This document shows positions 7,011 to 14,220 of a stretch of 16,081 nt of DNA, piece after piece (the stretch's first letter is position 1; every line of letters begins with the position of its first letter). The position numbers and the translations under genes were made by a program. The notes beneath the pieces were generated by a model, which was not told the origin of the DNA, ran no database searches, and saw nothing but the letters and a program-made list of their open reading frames with translations. The DNA is from Chlamydiia bacterium (GTDB lineage: Bacteria; Chlamydiota; Chlamydiia; Chlamydiales; JBMOFD01), in the NCBI GenBank assembly GCA_049314435.1, contig JBMOFD010000041.1, forward strand, positions 1 through 16,081, read 5' to 3'.

Positions 7011-8561
7011 ATGTCTAAGACCGTGGAAGCTCCATTCGGGAAGCTGAGGGCCTTCTTTTGGCCGATTCACAGCTTTGAGCTGAAGAAGCTCATGCCGATG
7101 TTCCTCATGATGCTCTGCATCAGTTTTAACTATACGATTCTTCGAGACACGAAGGATGCTTTGATCGTGACGGCACCAGCCGCCGGCGCAGAAGCTATTC
7201 CTTTCTTGAAGGTGTGGGGTGTCGTCCCATTTGCCATGATCTTTATGTTGCTCTACTCCAAGGCGAGCAACGTTTTTTCAAAGCAAAAACTTTTCTATGT
7301 GACGATCATACCTTTCTTGGTGTTCTTCGCGGCGTTCGCTCTTGTCATCTATCCGAACCGCGATGCCTTGCACCTGGATGGACTCGCTGATGCTATGCAG
7401 AGCTTTCTTCCTGTTGGCCTGAAAGGCGCCATTGGGATGGTTCGCTACTGGAGCTACTCTCTCTTCTACATCATGGCAGAGCTCTGGGGCAGTGTGGCCT
7501 TGTCACTTCTCTTCTGGGGATTTGCGAACGACATCACACGAGTCGCCGAAGCGAAGCGTTTCTATACCATGTTCACACTGGGCGCGAACGTAGCTCTCTG
7601 TATCAGCGGGCCGATGATCTACTTCTGCTCGAAGATTCAGCAGTGGGTGCCAGCTGGTGTCGATCCATGGCAGATTTCGCTCTATCTCCTCATGGGCCTC
7701 GTTGTGGCCTGCGGTCTCGGTACGATCTATTGCTATAGCTGGATCAACCGTAACGTGCTGACCGATCCTCGCTTCTACGATCCGGGTGAAGTGAAGAAGC
7801 CGAAGAAAGAGAAGCAGAAGATGGCCTTGGGCGAGAGCTTCAAGTTCCTCTTCACCAACAAGTACATCGCTTGCTTGGCGCTTCTAGTTCTCTCCTATGG
7901 AGTGAGCATCAACCTGATCGAAGTGACCTGGAAGTCCCAAGTCCGTCTGCAGTTCCCTCAGCCTAACGATTACAGCGCCTTCATGGGGATCTTCTCCACA
8001 TGCACAGGGATTGCCACCATCGGGATGCTGCTGATTGCAGGACCCATTCTCCGCCGATTTGGCTGGAGCGTGGCAGCTCAGATCACACCCGTGATCCTCA
8101 TGCTGACAGGTGCGGCCTTCTTCGGCTTCATCATGTTCCGTGATGCGCTCGGCGGTGCTATCGCTGTCTTGGGAACCACACCTCTCTTCTTGGCGGTGAT
8201 TTTCGGCATGGCGCAGAACATCATGTCCAAGTCTGCGAAGTACGCACTCTTCGATCCGACTAAGGAGATGGCCTACATTCCTCTGGACAACGAGTCCAAA
8301 ACGAAAGGGAAGGCAGCCATTGACGTGGTAGGCGCTCGTTTGGGTAAATCTGGAGGCAGCCTGATTCAGCAAGCCCTAATGGGCATGTTTGGTGGGCTCG
8401 CGGCTATTACACCTGTGATCGCCGTTCTGCTCTTCGTCATCATCGGTGGCTGGCTACTTGCTGCTCGCTCTTTGGGCAAGCAGTTTAGCGAACTCAGCGC
8501 TGAGAAGGATGCTGCTGGGGCTAAGACCGATGTTGCGGGAGCTCGGCCAGCAACGACCTAA
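7011..8561 (+). CDS. npt1: Nucleotide transport protein, ATP/ADP translocase (Npt1/TLC family), 516 aa
   Basis: TLC motifs FNYTILRDTKD, AELWGS, FWGFANDIT...AKRFY, INLIEVTWK, KYALFDPTKEMAYIPLD and KGKAAIDVVGARLGKSGGSLIQQ. About 12 TM segments. AAGGA RBS. Syntenic with CT065. Confidence 0.96.
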   Translation: MSKTVEAPFGKLRAFFWPIHSFELKKLMPMFLMMLCISFNYTILRDTKDALIVTAPAAGAEAIPFLKVWGVVPFAMIFMLLYSKASNVFSKQKLFYVTIIPFLVFFAAFALVIYPNRDALHLDGLADAMQSFLPVGLKGAIGMVRYWSYSLFYIMAELWGSVALSLLFWGFANDITRVAEAKRFYTMFTLGANVALCISGPMIYFCSKIQQWVPAGVDPWQISLYLLMGLVVACGLGTIYCYSWINRNVLTDPRFYDPGEVKKPKKEKQKMALGESFKFLFTNKYIACLALLVLSYGVSINLIEVTWKSQVRLQFPQPNDYSAFMGIFSTCTGIATIGMLLIAGPILRRFGWSVAAQITPVILMLTGAAFFGFIMFRDALGGAIAVLGTTPLFLAVIFGMAQNIMSKSAKYALFDPTKEMAYIPLDNESKTKGKAAIDVVGARLGKSGGSLIQQALMGMFGGLAAITPVIAVLLFVIIGGWLLAARSLGKQFSELSAEKDAAGAKTDVAGARPATT

Positions 8562-8568
8562 AGTAGAA

Positions 8569-8600
8569 GAGCCATCTCATGCCAAGGCATGAGATGGCTC
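8569..8600. repeat. Perfect 15-bp inverted repeat just downstream of npt1
   Basis: GAGCCATCTCATGCC-AA-GGCATGAGATGGCTC, with no U-tract on either strand. Confidence 0.85.
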
Positions 8601-8614
8601 CATATGTGTTAACT

Positions 8615-8652
8615 AAGGCCATGGTGAGGACAACCCTCACCATGGCCTTTTT
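8615..8652 (+). terminator. Rho-independent terminator for npt1, possibly also acting on the convergent Cys-rich gene
   Basis: 15-bp stem AAGGCCATGGTGAGG/CCTCACCATGGCCTT with an ACAAC loop, ending in a T5 run on the + strand. Confidence 0.75.
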
Positions 8653-8655
8653 CAT

Positions 8656-8910
8656 TTAGTTGCAGCAGCAACCGCAGCAGCTGTCACAGCAACCGCAGCA
8701 GTTGTTGTTGCTAGCTACCGAAGACGCGCTGCGAGTGGAGCAGCAGCCACAGCAGTCATTACAGCAGTCATTGCAGCAGCTGTTCCGGTGTCTGCGCTCT
8801 ACTTGCGCACGCTCTGTGCGCTTGCTTTCGAGCTCTTTCAGCTCTGTTCTTTGGGCATAAACGCTCATGGTGCAAGCCATGGCGATACAGGCGAAGATGA
8901 TCGTTCTCAT
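8656..8910 (-). CDS. Small secreted cysteine-rich protein (84 aa) with a CC-repeat C-terminal tail
   Basis: From ATG 8910: signal-peptide-like MRTIIFACIAMACTMSVYA|Q, a charged helical linker, then CCNDCCNDCCGCC-(S/N-rich linker)-CCGCCDSCCGCCCN (17 Cys in the last 40 aa). The stop abuts the terminator. GGAGG lies ~20 nt upstream, which is rather far. Confidence 0.7.
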   Translation of the reverse strand: MRTIIFACIAMACTMSVYAQRTELKELESKRTERAQVERRHRNSCCNDCCNDCCGCCSTRSASSVASNNNCCGCCDSCCGCCCN

Positions 8911-9253
8911 ATGATGTTCACGCGACTTTGTCCCTCCGGTTTGGTGGGCTTTCGTCTTACGTGCTCCCTGTGTAATTGTCGTTGTCTTATCTAGGGGAAA
9001 CAGGCTCTCTCCAAGAAGCAGACCTATGTCCACAATTCAGAACTACCCCTTCCCCCTAGCGCCGTCATCAGGCGCCTTGTTACTCCTGAGACGTACCTAA
9101 TCGCGTACCACGCCACGACTTGACGTGCAACCATCTCATGCAAAACGACGGCTGGCAAAACCAATATATTTTTTTCTTCATTGGGGAAGTCTTGATTGTG
9201 GGCCTCTCAGAATCAACGAGGCCGCTTGTAGCGCTCTTTCTGCCTCAGTTCAG

Positions 9254-9283
9254 GCTGCTGGACCAGAGGCCTGGTCCAGCAGC
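9254..9283. repeat. Perfect 13-bp inverted repeat in a divergent intergenic region
   Basis: GCTGCTGGACCAG-AGGC-CTGGTCCAGCAGC, with no U-tract. Confidence 0.85.
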
Positions 9284-9344
9284 TCTCTCATGCAATTAAA
9301 CTATATTTTATCTCAAAAAAGCCGCTGCACCCGTTCACGCAATG

Positions 9345-9373
9345 TTGTTGTATTAGCCTCTCTTCATTATAAT
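9345..9373 (+). promoter_or_regulatory. Sigma66/70 promoter for the repeat protein
   Basis: TTGTTG (9345-9350), N17, TATAAT (9368-9373). RBS TAAGGAG at 9413-9419, 7 nt before ATG 9427. Confidence 0.7.
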
Positions 9374-9426
9374 TGTTATATACACCACGTTGGTTGTGAA
9401 AATAACCGATATTAAGGAGCTAATTT

Positions 9427-10869
9427 ATGAATATCTCTCCTCGCCAACCTAACAGCCGACCTGAGGCCACCACTCACAGCCATGAACCGGCGCTCCCGAA
9501 TCACCAGGATGGACAATCAGCAACTCAAGACGTTGCAACTGCATGGCTTCACGAGCATTCCGGGGAAGCTTTCTCGCCCAGCCTGCAGGGACGTGTTCAA
9601 GACCTAACCGTGGCCTCTCCACAGCCCCCAACATTGGATCTTGAAGAGATAAAACGTCAGCTTCTATCTAGAGACAAGACACTCGCAATCCTAGCCTCTT
9701 CGGACTCGACCTCTTTTTTATGCGGCGATCGAGCTGTTGTAGAAGCAGCCTTGTCGGGGCTGGCTAAGTTGGTCATGCGTTGCCCAGTCATGAACAAACG
9801 GCGAAGCGACGGGTGGTCCGAACTTGCCTCCGCCTCGCCGAAACTTCGCGATGACCTTGACATCGTGCGGCAAGCGATTCAAGCGGAGCAGTATGGGTCG
9901 CCTTTACGTTGTGCTTCGGAGCGACTCCGCGATGACGACGACTTCGTGTATGAAGTGGTTGTACAATATGAAAGGGCTCTTCAATGGGCTTCGGAACGAC
10001 TCCAAAACAACAACGGTTTCATGAAGCGAGTTCTGATGAAGAAGCCCAGTGCACTTGAGTTTGCGTCAGAACAATGCAGAGGTAATTTCGAGGCCGTGAT
10101 GACGGCGGTCTCTCAGATGGGTAGCTGCCTCCAATTCGCAACCGAGATGCTTAGACATGACCGCACCATCGTGATGATGGCTGTGAAGAATGATGGCGAG
10201 GCTCTTCGATACGCAGCTCTGGCATTACAGCTGGATTACGACATTGTGATGGCTGCAGTCCTTAACTGCAGCGACGCGCTCAAATTTGCATCTGAACAGC
10301 TCAGAGCAAACCGCGATATCGTGATGGCAGCGGTCAGTAAAGCGGGTAGGTCCCTTGAATTCGCGGCAAAGGAACTGCAACGGGACCCCACGATCGTGAT
10401 GGCGGCCGCAAAGAACCATGGCGATGCCCTTCAATACGCAGCCGTGGAATTGCGTGACGACTATGACATTGTCATGGCCGCAGTCCGTAGCTACGGATTC
10501 GCTCTCGGATTGGCATCTGAGAGGCTCCGAGCAAACCACGATATCGTGATAGCGGCGGTCGCATCTGAGCCTTGGTCTTTGAGATATGCGCTAGGCGGGC
10601 TCAACGATGACGAGGCGATCGTGGAGAAGGCGGTCTCCCAATACGGCGAGTGTCTTGTGTTGGCGTCCGAACGACTCCGTGACCATGACGGTATCGTGAC
10701 AGCGGCGGCCGCTAACAGCAGAAATGCCCTTCGCGACGCGTCGGAGCGACTCCAGATACAGTTTAACTTCACAGCACGTTCTAGAATACCAGACTTGGCA
10801 TTACTCCCCTCGCAAACCCTTCAGGCACAAGGGCTAGCGGCGGCCGCTAGGAAGAAATCTTCCCCCTGA
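9427..10869 (+). CDS. DUF4116-like tandem-repeat protein (480 aa), candidate secreted effector
   Basis: About 13 copies of a 25-aa unit ALxYASERLRxDxDIVMAAVxxxG, the DUF4116 pattern. Disordered S/P/T/Q-rich N-terminus. Strong RBS and promoter. Confidence 0.85.
   Translation: MNISPRQPNSRPEATTHSHEPALPNHQDGQSATQDVATAWLHEHSGEAFSPSLQGRVQDLTVASPQPPTLDLEEIKRQLLSRDKTLAILASSDSTSFLCGDRAVVEAALSGLAKLVMRCPVMNKRRSDGWSELASASPKLRDDLDIVRQAIQAEQYGSPLRCASERLRDDDDFVYEVVVQYERALQWASERLQNNNGFMKRVLMKKPSALEFASEQCRGNFEAVMTAVSQMGSCLQFATEMLRHDRTIVMMAVKNDGEALRYAALALQLDYDIVMAAVLNCSDALKFASEQLRANRDIVMAAVSKAGRSLEFAAKELQRDPTIVMAAAKNHGDALQYAAVELRDDYDIVMAAVRSYGFALGLASERLRANHDIVIAAVASEPWSLRYALGGLNDDEAIVEKAVSQYGECLVLASERLRDHDGIVTAAAANSRNALRDASERLQIQFNFTARSRIPDLALLPSQTLQAQGLAAAARKKSSP
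10168..10767 (+). repeat. 75-nt coding tandem repeat
   Basis: AT(C/T)GT(G/C) recurs at exactly 10168, 10243, 10318, 10393, 10468, 10543, 10618 and 10693. More diverged units extend upstream to about 9820. Confidence 0.9.
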
Positions 10870-11302
10870 CGCGAGTTGCGGACCAGACGATGGCAAGTTG
10901 AACCGATGACTGACCGAGAGACCTCTTCTGAAGGCTCGAGTCTGAGAAATGACTGATGTGCCTGAAGAGAGGAGGTCCTGTCGGTCTAGGTCTAGTCGAC
11001 CTCAGCCGACACCCACTGACCTTACGAACCCGACAGAATGTCTAGCCAAGCGCCGTATGCGGTCGAGCACGGCCCAAAGGAACGGTTCATCCCCAAGCAG
11101 GTCAGCGTCATCCAAACTATATTTCCCTTACAAGCCGCGACCCAATGAAAAATCCCTCCTCACACCCTTCGGCCTGTGGAAAGCCGTTTGCGCAATATGC
11201 CTAGCGCCTTCTATGTTGGGCTTTCGCAGCCACGTTATTCCCATAGGCAGATGATGGGGGTTGGACCTTGCTGCCATCACCCCTGCATAGGGAGGACTCC
11301 TC

Positions 11303-11803
11303 ATGCATCGATTACCCTATCTTCTAGCCGGTGCAACCACCTTCCTAGCCAGCACGATCGGCCAGGCCGGATGTTGTGACGGAGGTTCCTGCTGTCCGGT
11401 CAGTTATCCTGATGCTACCGTGGCCGCCGCGGTCGTTCCACTGGCGATCATTGTGTCCTCGCAAAATGTCCTCAACATCTCCGGCTCCAATGCTATCTTT
11501 CTCTACCCGAACGCAATCTATATGCAGTTCACAGTTGGGGGCCAACCCATTACTCTTCCTGTACTTCGGTATGGCTGCTCCTATATGTACTTTTGCCATG
11601 TTCCGAACCCGCTTGGGACTCTAGCCTGGGATGGATGGACGCCGATCGTCTTCAACCAAAATGATCCCCTCCTCTCTGCCTACTTTGCCTGCAATTCTCT
11701 CCCCGTCATTCCTCGATCCACTCGAGAAGCGATCGCCGCTCTCATTTTCCCTATCTCCTGTTCAGCTTCAAGACACCCATGTGTGGCGAATTTCTCCCAA
11801 TAG
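11303..11803 (+). CDS. Hypothetical secreted Cys-containing protein, paralog A (166 aa)
   Basis: GGAGG at 11291-11295. Signal-peptide-like N-terminus ending GQA|G, followed by CCDGGSCCP. Aligns along its length with the downstream ORF. Confidence 0.8.
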   Translation: MHRLPYLLAGATTFLASTIGQAGCCDGGSCCPVSYPDATVAAAVVPLAIIVSSQNVLNISGSNAIFLYPNAIYMQFTVGGQPITLPVLRYGCSYMYFCHVPNPLGTLAWDGWTPIVFNQNDPLLSAYFACNSLPVIPRSTREAIAALIFPISCSASRHPCVANFSQ

Positions 11804-11853
11804 CCAAGATCTCCCCTTGGATGGCATACCGAAACAACAAATTGGAGGGACTG

Positions 11854-12309
11854 ATGTCTTCTCGATGGGTAACCCTATTCTGTAGCCTCATCATGCTCTC
11901 TTCAGAGCACGCCTATGCCTCGTGCTGCTGCAATGGCAACGGCTGTCCCACCTACTGCCCCGATACTACGGTTGTGGCGGCCATCGTCGCGCAAGCCACC
12001 AATCTGACTGCCTCCAGCGTGATCTCCGCGTCACCTACCATCTTTCTTCAACAAGATGAGGCTCTCTATATCCTGACCAACTCCGGTAACACCTACTACT
12101 GCCCGATCAAACGATTTGGCGACTCTCCCCTCTGCTTCTATCGCAGCCCCGTCCCGGGCATGCCGCTGGGCGGTTGGAACCCCGTGACCTTCAGCACAAC
12201 GGATGAACTCTTCCAAGCCTGGTTCAGCTGCAATGCCCTTCCTGAGCTCTCCCGACAGGAGAAACGCCTCATCGCCAGCCTCTTCCTTCCGGGAGTCTGT
12301 CGCCGCTAG
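11854..12309 (+). CDS. Hypothetical secreted Cys-containing protein, paralog B (151 aa)
   Basis: GGAGG at 11844-11848 before ATG 11854. Signal peptide ending AYA|S, followed by CCCNGNGCPTYCP. Paralogous to 11303-11803. Confidence 0.8.
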   Translation: MSSRWVTLFCSLIMLSSEHAYASCCCNGNGCPTYCPDTTVVAAIVAQATNLTASSVISASPTIFLQQDEALYILTNSGNTYYCPIKRFGDSPLCFYRSPVPGMPLGGWNPVTFSTTDELFQAWFSCNALPELSRQEKRLIASLFLPGVCRR

Positions 12310-12320
12310 CTGATCCTGCC

Positions 12321-12344
12321 GCTCCTGCTCCATGAGGTAGGAGC
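12321..12344 (+). other. Hairpin between paralog B and lepA
   Basis: GCTCCTGC/GTAGGAGC 8-bp stem (one G-U) with no U-tract. Possibly a transcript-end or stabilising stem. Confidence 0.4.
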
Positions 12345-12363
12345 ATACAGAAGCAGCCTCCCG

Positions 12364-12372
12364 TGCTATCAT
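12364..12372 (+). promoter_or_regulatory. Possible extended -10 promoter for lepA
   Basis: TG-C-TATCAT ending 26 nt upstream of ATG 12399, with no clear -35. Confidence 0.35.
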
Positions 12373-12398
12373 GTTGCACCTTCTCGAACGGTGTACGC

Positions 12399-14210
12399 AT
12401 GCAAGATTTTGCCTATCAACCAGATCTGATTCGCAACTTTTCCATCATCGCTCATATCGATCATGGTAAGTCCACCCTGGCAGACCGTCTCCTAGAGTCG
12501 ACGCAGACCATTGCGGCAAGGGAGATGCAGGAACAGGTCCTCGATAACATGGATCTGGAACGAGAGCGCGGCATCACGATCAAGGCGCATCCCGTCACGA
12601 TGTTCTACCACGCTCTGGACGGGCGCGTGATCCAGATGAATTTGATCGACACGCCTGGACATGTCGACTTTTCCTACGAGGTCTCCCGTTCCCTATCCGC
12701 TTGCGAAGGGGCCCTCCTTGTCCTCGACGCCGCCCAAGGGGTGCAAGCCCAGTCGATCGCCAACGTCTACCTAGCGATAGAGCGCAACCTGGAGATCATT
12801 CCCGTAATCAACAAAATCGACTTGCCAGCGGCCGACGTCGAGGGAACACGCCAGCAGATCCAAGACGTCATTGGCCTCGATGCCAGCAACGCGTTGTGCG
12901 TCTCCGCCAAGCAGGGCATCGGGATCCAAGAGCTCCTGGAACGGATCGTGGAGCAGATCCCTCCACCTCGTGTGGAGCCGGGCCCTCTTCAGGCGCTGGT
13001 CTTTGATTCCCACTACGACACCTACCGAGGTGTGATGGTCTATGTTCGTGTAGTCCGCGGGGAAATTAGGAAGAAGCAGCTGATCCTCATGATGGCCACC
13101 GACAAGCAGTTCGAAGTCTTGGAAGTGGGCGTCTTCTCTCCGAAAGAGCGCCCCGTCGAAGCTCTTCATGCCGGTGAAGTGGGCTATCTGGTTGCCGGAA
13201 TTAGGAATACAGCCGACGTCAAGATCGGTGACACGGTGACAGCCTCCAAAGATCCTTCGCCTACCGCCCTGCCTGGATTCAAGCAGATTGCTCCCGTAGT
13301 CTTTGCAGGCATCTATCCCATCGACTCCAGCGACTTTGAAGCACTGCGCGATGCCCTCGACAAACTCCGCTTGAACGACTCTGCTCTCCATGTGGCAGTA
13401 GAAACGTCGCAAGCCCTCGGCTTCGGATTCCGTTGTGGATTCCTCGGGCTTCTCCACCTGGAAATCGTCTTCGAGCGCCTTCAGCGCGAGTTCAACCTCG
13501 ACATCATCACGACCTCGCCCAGCGTGGTCTATCGGTTTCATCTGAGAAATGGCTCCCTGCTTGAGGTCGACAATCCCACCAAGTATCCAGATCCCACCTT
13601 CATTGAGCGCTGCGAGGAACCCTTCGTACAGAGCCACGTCGTCATCCCTAATGAATACCTAGGCGCAATGATGGCCCTTGCCATGGAGAAGCGCGGACAG
13701 TGTCTACGCACTGATACGATGGATGCTCGCCGCCTGATGCTCACCTACCGGTTCCCATTGAATGAGATCATCACAGACTTCCATGACAAGCTGAAGAGCA
13801 TCACTAAGGGCTATGGCAGCTTCGACTATGAGGTCGACGGCTATGCCCAGGGCGATATCATCAAGCTAGAGATCCGGGTGAATGAAGAACCCGTGGATGC
13901 CTTTTCTTGTATGGTGCATCGATCCAAGGCTGAATCGAAGGGGCGTGCTATCTGTAAGAAGCTTCTCGAGGTGATCCCCAGGCAGCTCTTTAAAGTGCCT
14001 ATTCAGGCCGCCATCGGTGGGAAAATCCTTGCCCGAGAGACCATCCCGGCTATTACAAAGAACGTCACAGCCAAGTGCTATGGCGGAGACATCACCCGCA
14101 AGCGCAAGCTGTGGGAAAAACAGAAAGAGGGCAAAAAGCGCATGAAGGAGATCGGCAAAGTGACGATCCCTCAAAGCGCCTTCATGGACGTCCTCAGAGC
14201 GGAAGAGTAG
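12399..14210 (+). CDS. lepA: Elongation factor 4 (LepA), 603 aa
   Basis: [58 protein letters not shown] and [28 protein letters not shown] 12399 gives the canonical length. Confidence 0.98.
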   Translation: MQDFAYQPDLIRNFSIIAHIDHGKSTLADRLLESTQTIAAREMQEQVLDNMDLERERGITIKAHPVTMFYHALDGRVIQMNLIDTPGHVDFSYEVSRSLSACEGALLVLDAAQGVQAQSIANVYLAIERNLEIIPVINKIDLPAADVEGTRQQIQDVIGLDASNALCVSAKQGIGIQELLERIVEQIPPPRVEPGPLQALVFDSHYDTYRGVMVYVRVVRGEIRKKQLILMMATDKQFEVLEVGVFSPKERPVEALHAGEVGYLVAGIRNTADVKIGDTVTASKDPSPTALPGFKQIAPVVFAGIYPIDSSDFEALRDALDKLRLNDSALHVAVETSQALGFGFRCGFLGLLHLEIVFERLQREFNLDIITTSPSVVYRFHLRNGSLLEVDNPTKYPDPTFIERCEEPFVQSHVVIPNEYLGAMMALAMEKRGQCLRTDTMDARRLMLTYRFPLNEIITDFHDKLKSITKGYGSFDYEVDGYAQGDIIKLEIRVNEEPVDAFSCMVHRSKAESKGRAICKKLLEVIPRQLFKVPIQAAIGGKILARETIPAITKNVTAKCYGGDITRKRKLWEKQKEGKKRMKEIGKVTIPQSAFMDVLRAEE

Positions 14211-14220
14211 TCCGCTCTCC

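Noticed and set aside
8660..8860. Gln-rich 66-aa ORF on the + strand
   Set aside because: It is the antisense shadow of TGC/TGT Cys codons. It lies right after a terminator with no RBS, while the - strand frame has a signal peptide.
8656..8910. Thiazole/oxazole (streptolysin S-like) or ranthipeptide RiPP precursor
   Set aside because: The Cys/Ser-rich core is suggestive, but there is a Sec-type signal peptide and no YcaO, dehydrogenase, radical SAM or transporter gene in the window. It cannot be fully excluded if the enzymes act in trans.
9125..9415. 96-aa + strand ORF
   Set aside because: It runs through hairpins and the AT-rich promoter of the next gene, has no RBS and has no protein-like features.
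10168..10767. CRISPR array or diversity-generating retroelement repeat
   Set aside because: The repeats are degenerate, in-frame 75-nt coding units without unique spacers. Differences are not adenine-specific, and there is no cas or reverse transcriptase gene.
10949..11254. 101-aa Ser/Arg-rich + strand ORF
   Set aside because: No clear RBS, and the composition is typical of non-coding frames. The region is better explained as intergenic or structured.
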